DNA of 64,000 nucleotides from Escherichia coli (GTDB lineage Bacteria; Pseudomonadota; Gammaproteobacteria; Enterobacterales; Enterobacteriaceae): NCBI RefSeq assembly GCF_001677475.2, contig NZ_CP015229.1; one strand, 5' to 3'. Shown piece by piece: positions 55,755 to 64,000 of this stretch (position 1 is its first letter; each line of letters starts with the position of its first letter). The notes under the pieces were generated by a model. It saw only the letters and a program-made list of their open reading frames with translations, ran no database searches and was not told where the DNA came from. The position numbers and the translations under genes were made by a program.

Positions 55755-56795
55755 TCAGGGAATGAGCAACACTTTGCCCGGCATAGCATTACGAGCGATG
55801 TCACGCACCGCCTGGGCGAAGCATTCAAAGCTTCCACTGTGAGCGATTAATGGCTCCAGGCTTAACTTACGCTCTGTCAGCAACCGGCTCGCCGTTTCCC
55901 ACTCCTGCCCCGGCCAAGGGCTGGAGTAGTTCATCCAACTGCCGATAACCGTCAGCTCTTTACGCAATATTTTGCCAAACGTTGCCGATGTTAAATGCAG
56001 ATCCTGATGCAATGTGCCCACCAGCGCCAGTTGGGCATGAGGACCGGCAATCTCTACCGCCAGTTCGACGGTTTGCGGGACGCCAGCCGTCTCGAGGATA
56101 AGCTGATTAAAGCGCAGCTCGCGTAAAACGCCCTGCATTTGCGGCGCGCTCATTTCGCTACTGTTAAATGTTTGCATCGCACCGAAAGATTTTGCCAGTG
56201 CCAGTTTTTCTGAGCTAATGTCGATAGCCGTCACACTCTTTGCTCCCAGCGCGACAGCGCACTGAATGGCCAGCAGGCCAATGGTTCCGGCACCAATAAT
56301 AATAACGTTTTTATTCTCACAACCTTGCGCTAAATGAAAAGCATGCAGGCCAACGGTAATCGGTTCAATAAAAGCCCCATCCTCAATAGGCATGTCCGCA
56401 GGTAGAGCAAAGACATTTTTCCGCTTAACGACAATATATTCGGCAAATCCACCATCACGCCGTGAGCCAATAAAATCATATTTTGCGCACTGGGAATAAA
56501 ACCCTTTCAGACACTCTGGACAAGTAAAACAGGGTAATAACGGTACACAGGCAACCGCATCGCCAGGGTGTAAATCATCAACACCGGATCCCACCGCATC
56601 AATATAGCCGCTAAATTCATGGCCTAACGTTATTGGATAATAATGTGCACCATTTTTAAATATCCTGGGTAAATCGGAACCACATAAGCCCGAGCTGGCA
56701 ATTTTTACCCGCACCTCATCCTGATGTTTAATTTCAGGAATGACGCTTTCTGCAACGCGCACGATACCATCAGTATCATTCACCACTGATTTCAT
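55755..56795 (-). CDS. gatD: Galactitol-1-phosphate 5-dehydrogenase GatD (Zn-dependent MDR family)
   Basis: 346-aa ORF MKSVVNDTDGIVRVAESVIPEIKHQDEVRVKIASSGLCGSDL... Confidence 0.9.
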   Translation of the reverse strand: MKSVVNDTDGIVRVAESVIPEIKHQDEVRVKIASSGLCGSDLPRIFKNGAHYYPITLGHEFSGYIDAVGSGVDDLHPGDAVACVPLLPCFTCPECLKGFYSQCAKYDFIGSRRDGGFAEYIVVKRKNVFALPADMPIEDGAFIEPITVGLHAFHLAQGCENKNVIIIGAGTIGLLAIQCAVALGAKSVTAIDISSEKLALAKSFGAMQTFNSSEMSAPQMQGVLRELRFNQLILETAGVPQTVELAVEIAGPHAQLALVGTLHQDLHLTSATFGKILRKELTVIGSWMNYSSPWPGQEWETASRLLTERKLSLEPLIAHSGSFECFAQAVRDIARNAMPGKVLLIP

Positions 56796-56842
56796 AAAAA
56801 CTCCTGATTGTTAAGGGGGATAACCTCCCCCTCAGGTAAAAA

Positions 56843-58198
56843 TTATTCTGCGAGAACGGCTTTCTCTTGTTTAATAAAACCACGCGCTCTACGCCAGGTC
56901 ATGAAAATACCGGTCAGATAAATTGCGCCGATAATAATGAAACCGGGAATATTTTGCGGGGAGAAAACCTGAATCAGTAACCAGGTAATGGGAGAACCGC
57001 CCTGATCCATTGAAGCCACCATACCCCCGGCTTTTAACGCCCCAGCATTAGCCGCCAGTTGGGTGTGCAAACCAATAGTTTGCGTCGCGATCCACAGAGT
57101 GATGCTCATGATGATGACACCCGAGATTAAGGTGCGGAACAGATTTCCACGATGCACCGCGACCGCCATCGCCACGAAGAAGCCGATGGTGGCAAGGTCG
57201 CCAAACGGCAGCACCTGATTACCCGGCACACAAACAGCAATTAAAATGGTGAGTGGAATAAAAATCAGGCTTGCCGATACCACCGCCGTATGTCCCAGCA
57301 GCAACGCCGGATCAAGTCCAATCAGGAACTCCTGACCGCCGAACTTCGCCTGTAAACGGCTACGCGCCTGCTTAGCGATGGGCGTTAAACCATCCATGAT
57401 GGGTTTAATCACCCGCGGCATCAGCAGCATAACTGCCGCCGTTTTTACCGCCAGTTGCAATACACCTTTGACATCGTAACCCGCGAGGATGCCGATAATC
57501 AGCCCCATCACAAAACCCACGGTGACCGGTTCGCCAAAAGGACCAAATTTGCGCTGAATATCATCGGCGCTAAATTTAATTCGGTTAACGCCTGGAATTT
57601 TCTCGATGATAGCATCGACCAGCACCGCGATTGGCCCCATATACGCCGACGTACCGTGCGGAATGGCAATGCCTTCCAGCTCAAAGAAATTTCGGGTATC
57701 GCGGGCAAACCAGTCGCCGAGCTTATAAACAAACGCCGCGTGAATTACCACACCCACCATCCCTATCATCCATGAACCGGTTGCCAGATGCAGCAACGCG
57801 CCGGTGAAGGTCATATGCCAGATATTCCAGATATCAACATTTACCACCCGCGTCATACGGGTCAGTAACATCGCCACGTTAACCAGAATCGCAATCGGAA
57901 TCGCCACCAGCGCAATTTGCGACGCCCAGGTCATTGGTGAAGAGCCCGGCCAGCCGACATCGACCACATGCAGATTCAGGTCGAAATTTTCCGCCATCGC
58001 TTTCGCCGCAGGGCCAATGGAATCCAGCATTAAGCCAATCACAAGGCCAATGCCAACAAAGCCAATCCCGATATGCAGACCCGCTTTAAAGCAATCGCCT
58101 GCCTTCATGCCTAATATTTTAGAAAAAATAATGATGACAATCGGCAGCATCACCGTAGGGCCGAGGTCGAGAATATAACGCATGACTTCTGAAAACAT
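56843..58198 (-). CDS. gatC: PTS galactitol-specific EIIC component GatC
   Basis: 451-aa polytopic membrane ORF MFSEVMRYILDLGPTVMLPIVIIIFSKILGMK... Confidence 0.9.
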   Translation of the reverse strand: MFSEVMRYILDLGPTVMLPIVIIIFSKILGMKAGDCFKAGLHIGIGFVGIGLVIGLMLDSIGPAAKAMAENFDLNLHVVDVGWPGSSPMTWASQIALVAIPIAILVNVAMLLTRMTRVVNVDIWNIWHMTFTGALLHLATGSWMIGMVGVVIHAAFVYKLGDWFARDTRNFFELEGIAIPHGTSAYMGPIAVLVDAIIEKIPGVNRIKFSADDIQRKFGPFGEPVTVGFVMGLIIGILAGYDVKGVLQLAVKTAAVMLLMPRVIKPIMDGLTPIAKQARSRLQAKFGGQEFLIGLDPALLLGHTAVVSASLIFIPLTILIAVCVPGNQVLPFGDLATIGFFVAMAVAVHRGNLFRTLISGVIIMSITLWIATQTIGLHTQLAANAGALKAGGMVASMDQGGSPITWLLIQVFSPQNIPGFIIIGAIYLTGIFMTWRRARGFIKQEKAVLAE

Positions 58199-58201
58199 AG
58201 G

Positions 58202-58486
58202 TCACCCCTGTAAGATAGTCAGAATTTTATTTTGTAATGCTTCGATACCGACACCAGAAACAAAAGGCATGCCGTGAACTAACGGAATATCGCCAAAACT
58301 ACGGTCAACTTTGGCGGTAGTACATATCAAATGCACGCCATCCATATAGGTCTCTATTTCATTAACCCGACACTGGATTAATTCAACAGGAATATTATGA
58401 CTCTGACACAACTCTTTAATTTCTTCCGCCGCCATCGTGGAGGTCGCAACCGCGCCTCCGCAAGCGACAATAATCTTGCGTTTCAT
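58202..58486 (-). CDS. gatB: PTS galactitol-specific EIIB component GatB
   Basis: 94-aa [31 protein letters not shown]... with active-site Cys. Confidence 0.9.
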   Translation of the reverse strand: MKRKIIVACGGAVATSTMAAEEIKELCQSHNIPVELIQCRVNEIETYMDGVHLICTTAKVDRSFGDIPLVHGMPFVSGVGIEALQNKILTILQG

Positions 58487-58516
58487 AAATAGTCCTTTTT
58501 ATTGTTACAGAGGGAT

Positions 58517-58969
58517 TTATTCGTCTGAATCTAAAACATACTTTGTGAAGTATTCCTTTAACTGGGTTTCAGGAAGAGTGATTAGTGTCTCGACGATATC
58601 GGGCTGTTGTAACTTGCCAAATAAACAGCGTAAAAGTTTCAATTGCTGCTGCGGATTTTCCACAATTAACGCAATAACCAACGATACCGCCACGTCGTTA
58701 TCATCATCCGCTTGCTGAAAATGAACTTTATTTGTTGGCCTTAACAGATAAATGGCTGACGACTTAGCATGAATCGCCTCACAATGCGGTATTGCAATGG
58801 CGTGCTGCTCAAGCATTATCCCGGTAGGGAATTCTGCTTCTCTGGCAATTAATGCCTGTGGCCAGGTATCATGAACCACACCTTTCGCGAGCATCTCATT
58901 ACCAATATGGGTTAAAACTTCGCTACGATCGGCAAAAGAAATTCCGCTACGAACAAACAGGTTAGTCAT
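58517..58969 (-). CDS. gatA: PTS galactitol-specific EIIA component GatA
   Basis: 150-aa ORF MTNLFVRSGISFADRSEVLTHIGNEMLAKG...AIPHCE... Confidence 0.9.
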   Translation of the reverse strand: MTNLFVRSGISFADRSEVLTHIGNEMLAKGVVHDTWPQALIAREAEFPTGIMLEQHAIAIPHCEAIHAKSSAIYLLRPTNKVHFQQADDDNDVAVSLVIALIVENPQQQLKLLRCLFGKLQQPDIVETLITLPETQLKEYFTKYVLDSDE

Positions 58970-58978
58970 ATACCATCC

Positions 58979-60241
58979 TTATTCCGCACAGCCGTAGCAA
59001 TAGGCGCGCAAAACATCATAAATTTTATCCATAATCAGCTGATGCGGTATTGCTGATAATTCCCCGGACTGAATGCGTTCAAATTGTTTGGGAAGATACT
59101 GACTAATCATGCCCAGTGGGATGTCCACGCCTTGCAGATTCACCATCATCGTTTCAACGCTATTTTTAATCCGACTATGCGGCCAGTAATAACGAATACG
59201 ATCCGACAGGCTGTAACGAATATCCAGTAATGAATCGTTAAAACCCGTACGATAATATTTTTTCCAGTATTGCGGTTCGTCGAGCATCACTTCTTCAATT
59301 ACCGCCAGGCAACCGCTGCGATTTTCGGGGGCGATAAGTTCCTGCTCAATTTGTGCCAGCGCAAATATCGCCTCACGTAAAGCAAAGGTTAATGCTGGCC
59401 CTACTTTCAAAATTGCAAAGTGATCGCGGACTAATTCCCAATAAGCCGTCCGGGTCTGGTAATCGGTGGAATGTGCTTCATAAACCATTTTGCTGTTTTC
59501 TATCCATTGCGCCAGCGCCTGCGCTTCTTGCGGCTGATAATGGATAATATTGCTGTGATCAAATTCAACGCCAGGCTGTACCACTATCGCAATCACGCGC
59601 GTTAACGCCTCTGTCAGGCCACGGGCAATAAACGCTTTTTGATGTGTGCGTAAAGTATTGGCAGCATCTTCTACCTTTGTGATGTGCACCGACTGAATGG
59701 CGCTGGCCTCACCGCCCGGAACCGGAACTTCGGTGCCAATCACATAAGTCAGTTGTTCACGCTGGTCATCTGTCGCCACGCTTTCCGCAGCAAAGCAAAG
59801 TACAGCGGCACGTTCAGCTACCGTTTCTGGCGCTAACGGTACAGGATCACCCGCACAGGACATTGACGCATCAAGATGAATTTTACTGAAACCGGCACGA
59901 ACATATGCCTTTACCAGCTCGACGGATTTTTCCATCGCCGCATCCGCATTTTCTTGCTGCCAGCAGTTTGGCCCCAGATGATCACCGCCGAGAATAATGC
60001 GCTCGCGCGCAAACCCAACTCTATCGGCAATCGCAAAAACAAATTCGCGAAAATCTGCCGGTGTCATTCCGGTATAACCGCCAAATTGATTGACCTGGTT
60101 TGACGTTGCTTCAATCAGCACTTTGCGTGTGCTGTTGAGATCGAAAGCCAGCGCCGCTTCAATAACCAACGGATGCGCCGAACAGACTGAACAAATTCCG
60201 ATATGTTCACCGGCTTTATGCCGGGCAATTAACGTTTTCAT
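58979..60241 (-). CDS. gatZ: Tagatose-bisphosphate aldolase subunit GatZ
   Basis: 420-aa [34 protein letters not shown]... Confidence 0.9.
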   Translation of the reverse strand: MKTLIARHKAGEHIGICSVCSAHPLVIEAALAFDLNSTRKVLIEATSNQVNQFGGYTGMTPADFREFVFAIADRVGFARERIILGGDHLGPNCWQQENADAAMEKSVELVKAYVRAGFSKIHLDASMSCAGDPVPLAPETVAERAAVLCFAAESVATDDQREQLTYVIGTEVPVPGGEASAIQSVHITKVEDAANTLRTHQKAFIARGLTEALTRVIAIVVQPGVEFDHSNIIHYQPQEAQALAQWIENSKMVYEAHSTDYQTRTAYWELVRDHFAILKVGPALTFALREAIFALAQIEQELIAPENRSGCLAVIEEVMLDEPQYWKKYYRTGFNDSLLDIRYSLSDRIRYYWPHSRIKNSVETMMVNLQGVDIPLGMISQYLPKQFERIQSGELSAIPHQLIMDKIYDVLRAYCYGCAE

Positions 60242-60269
60242 GGTTTTTCCTTGTTAAATGGCAGATGCG

Positions 60270-61178
<909 letters not shown>

Positions 61179-61238
61179 TTAAATGTCGAGGTAACGATCA
61201 CAAAAACGACAATTCGAAAATTAATCAGAATGACAGGC

Positions 61239-61267
61239 AAAAAAACGGCCTCCCGATAGGGAAGCCG
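61239..61267 (-). terminator. Rho-independent terminator downstream of fbaB and its REP cluster
   Basis: Minus strand reads cggcttccc-uauc-gggaggccg followed by UUUUUUU (plus strand aaaaaaacggcctcccgatagggaagccg). Confidence 0.6.
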
Positions 61268-61289
61268 TAGCAAAGTGCGCGTGTTTTTA

Positions 61290-61428
<139 letters not shown>

Positions 61429-61441
61429 CGTTTAAAACGTA

Positions 61442-62494
61442 TCAGGCGATAGTAATTTTGCTATCAAGATAAACGTCCTGCACGGCGTTAATCAGTTTCA
61501 CGCCGTCGGCCATCGATTTCTTGAACGCTTTACGTCCGAGGATCAGCCCCATTCCGCCTGCGCGTTTGTTGATAACCGCAGTACGCACCGCATCGCTAAG
61601 GTCAGTTTCACCGCCCGCAGCACCACCGGAGTTAATCAACCCTGCGCGCCCCATATAGCAGTTAGCTAACTGATAACGCACCAGATCAATCGGGTTTTCG
61701 CTGGTCAGCTTGCTGTACACGCGATCGTCGGTGTAGCCGTAATTAATCGCTTTATAGCCACCGTTATTTTCCGCCATTTTCTGTTTGACGATGTCCGCGC
61801 CAATGGTCGCCGCCAGATGGTTCGCCTGACCGGTCAGGTCGGCGGAAACGTGGTAATCAACGCCCTCTTTCTTAAAGGCGGAATTACGCAAATAGGCCCA
61901 CAGCACGGTCACCATGCCCAGTTCATGCGCACGTTCAAAGGCCGCAGAAATTTCTTCAATCTGGCGACGTGACTCTTCCGAGCCAAAATAGATAGTCGCA
62001 CCAACCGCCACCGCGCCCATGTTGAACGCCTGCTCCACGCTGGCATACAGCGTTTGATCGTAGGTATTCGGGTAACTTAGCGTCTCGTTGTGATTAAGTT
62101 TGACGAGGAATGGAATGCGATGCGCGTAACGCCGCGATACCGACGCCAGCACGCCGTAAGTTGACGCCACACAGTTACAGCCCGCTTCGATCGCCAATTC
62201 AACAATGTTTTTCGGGTCAAAGTAGAGCGGGTTAGCGGCAAATGAAGCTCCGGCAGAGTGCTCAACGCCCTGGTCAACGGGCAGAATAGAAAGATATCCT
62301 GTGCCAGCCAGACGCCCGGTGTTGTACAACGTCTGCATATTACGTAACACCGCAGGCGGGCGATTATTGTCAATCATCACGCGGTCTACGTAGTCATGTC
62401 CGGGGAGATAAAGCTGGTCAGAAGGAATAGTCATACAACGGTGCTGTAAAAGGTTGTCGGCGTCTTTGCCAAGCAACTGCGCAATATCTGTCAT
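61442..62494 (-). CDS. fbaB: Class I fructose-bisphosphate aldolase FbaB
   Basis: ORF 61442..62566 trimmed to [35 protein letters not shown]... (350 aa). Confidence 0.9.
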   Translation of the reverse strand: MTDIAQLLGKDADNLLQHRCMTIPSDQLYLPGHDYVDRVMIDNNRPPAVLRNMQTLYNTGRLAGTGYLSILPVDQGVEHSAGASFAANPLYFDPKNIVELAIEAGCNCVASTYGVLASVSRRYAHRIPFLVKLNHNETLSYPNTYDQTLYASVEQAFNMGAVAVGATIYFGSEESRRQIEEISAAFERAHELGMVTVLWAYLRNSAFKKEGVDYHVSADLTGQANHLAATIGADIVKQKMAENNGGYKAINYGYTDDRVYSKLTSENPIDLVRYQLANCYMGRAGLINSGGAAGGETDLSDAVRTAVINKRAGGMGLILGRKAFKKSMADGVKLINAVQDVYLDSKITIA

Positions 62495-62750
62495 TACTAT
62501 GCTCCCGTAAATTCCGATTGGATATCGGCTATGGATTGTCCTGGCCCGCCTTTTGCGGGCAATCATAATCCTGGTCGTTACAGGCGAGTTTTTCCATCTT
62601 TTGGATGTTTTTTCAGCGTTTTCTGTTGGCTCGATTCATCAGAAAAAATGTTACCGCGGTCAAGTATTCACCGCAAAGGTATTTAAAAGGTATTATTAAA
62701 TGGTATTGTCATCGCGTACCTTACATTACCTGTCATGAAGGAATTAAAAG

Positions 62751-64000
62751 ATGAAAACAACAGCAAAGCTGTCGTTCATGATGTTTGTTGAATGGTTTAT
62801 CTGGGGCGCGTGGTTTGTGCCATTGTGGTTGTGGTTAAGTAAAAGCGGTTTTAGTGCCGGAGAAATTGGCTGGTCGTATGCCTGTACCGCCATTGCGGCG
62901 ATCCTGTCGCCAATTCTGGTTGGCTCCATCACTGACCGCTTTTTCTCGGCGCAGAAAGTGCTGGCGGTATTGATGTTCGCTGGTGCGGCGCTGATGTATT
63001 TCGCTGCGCAACAGACCACTTTTGCCGGGTTCTTCCCGTTACTGCTGGCCTACTCGCTAACCTATATGCCGACCATTGCGCTGACTAACAGCATCGCTTT
63101 TGCCAACGTGCCGGATGTGGAGCGTGATTTCCCACGCATTCGTGTGATGGGCACTATCGGCTGGATTGCCTCCGGTCTGGCATGTGGATTTTTGCCGCAA
63201 ATGCTGGGGTATGCCGATATCTCACCGACTAACATCCCGCTGCTGATTACCGCCGGAAGTTCTGCTCTGCTCGGTGTGTTTGCGTTTTTCCTGCCCGACA
63301 CGCCGCCAAAAAGCACCGGCAAAATGGACATTAAAGTCATGCTCGGCCTGGATGCGCTGATCCTGCTGCGCGATAAAAACTTCCTCGTCTTTTTCTTCTG
63401 TTCATTCTTGTTTGCGATGCCACTGGCGTTCTATTACATCTTTGCCAACGGTTATCTGACCGAAGTCGGCATGAAAAACGCCACCGGCTGGATGACGCTC
63501 GGCCAGTTCTCTGAAATCTTCTTTATGCTGGCATTGCCGTTTTTCACTAAACGCTTTGGTATCAAAAAGGTATTATTGCTTGGTCTGGTCACCGCTGCGA
63601 TCCGCTATGGCTTCTTTATTTACGGTAGTGCGGATGAATATTTCACCTACGCGTTACTGTTCCTCGGTATTTTGCTGCACGGCGTAAGTTACGATTTTTA
63701 CTATGTTACCGCTTACATCTATGTCGATAAAAAAGCCCCCGAGCATATGCGTACCGCTGCGCAGGGGCTGATCACGCTCTGCTGCCAGGGCTTCGGCAGT
63801 TTGCTCGGCTATCGTCTTGGCGGTGTGATGATGGAAAAGATGTTCGCTTATCCGGAACCGGTAAACGGACTGACTTTCAACTGGGCCGGGATGTGGACTT
63901 TTGGCGCGGTGATGATTGCCATTATCGCCGTGCTGTTCATGATTTTTTTCCGCGAATCCGACAACGAAATTACGGCTATCAAGGTCGATGATCGCGATAT
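62751..64000 (+). CDS. yegT: Nucleoside:H+ symporter-family transporter YegT, 3' end beyond window
   Basis: ATG 62751; open frame to window end: MKTTAKLSFMMFVEWFIWGAWFVPLWLWLSKSGFSAGEIGW...; MFS/NHS family. Not in ORF track because no stop in window. Confidence 0.85.
   Translation, partial: MKTTAKLSFMMFVEWFIWGAWFVPLWLWLSKSGFSAGEIGWSYACTAIAAILSPILVGSITDRFFSAQKVLAVLMFAGAALMYFAAQQTTFAGFFPLLLAYSLTYMPTIALTNSIAFANVPDVERDFPRIRVMGTIGWIASGLACGFLPQMLGYADISPTNIPLLITAGSSALLGVFAFFLPDTPPKSTGKMDIKVMLGLDALILLRDKNFLVFFFCSFLFAMPLAFYYIFANGYLTEVGMKNATGWMTLGQFSEIFFMLALPFFTKRFGIKKVLLLGLVTAAIRYGFFIYGSADEYFTYALLFLGILLHGVSYDFYYVTAYIYVDKKAPEHMRTAAQGLITLCCQGFGSLLGYRLGGVMMEKMFAYPEPVNGLTFNWAGMWTFGAVMIAIIAVLFMIFFRESDNEITAIKVDDRD

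Noticed and set aside
62744-63019. 91-aa minus-strand ORF at the right edge
   Set aside because: It is antisense to the 5' end of yegT, whose plus-strand frame is open to the window end with a clear MFS transporter sequence.

Overview
This window reads as an Escherichia coli-type chromosomal segment, similar to but not identical with K-12, and is almost entirely recognisable core genome. From left to right it holds: the complete colanic-acid capsule cluster on the minus strand (wcaM, 3' end cut by the window edge, through wza, about 1..22850) with its ops/JUMPstart leader element; yegH; a small accessory toxin-antitoxin insert (higB-like toxin broken by a 23-bp tandem duplication, intact HTH antitoxin); asmA-dcd-udk; dgcE (yegE); alkA; yegD; the translationally coupled yegL-pphC(yegK)-yegI operon (vWA protein, PP2C phosphatase, Ser/Thr kinase); three tandem Ibs/Sib type I toxin-antitoxin repeats; mdtABCD-baeSR with a BaeR box; yegP; trhP (yegQ); the sRNA cyaR, whose 3' end carries what looks like an unoccupied P2 attachment core; yegR; yegS; an uninterrupted gatR with gatDCBAZY; fbaB; and the 5' part of yegT. 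REP/BIME clusters and a BoxC-like GC-rich element sit at operon junctions. I found no CRISPR array, IS element, prophage or large novel gene system. The most unusual content is the degenerate TA insert between yegH and asmA and the strain-specific differences at three known variable spots. All gene calls rest on reading the supplied translations and the sequence; all K-12 comparisons are from memory and no database search was run.
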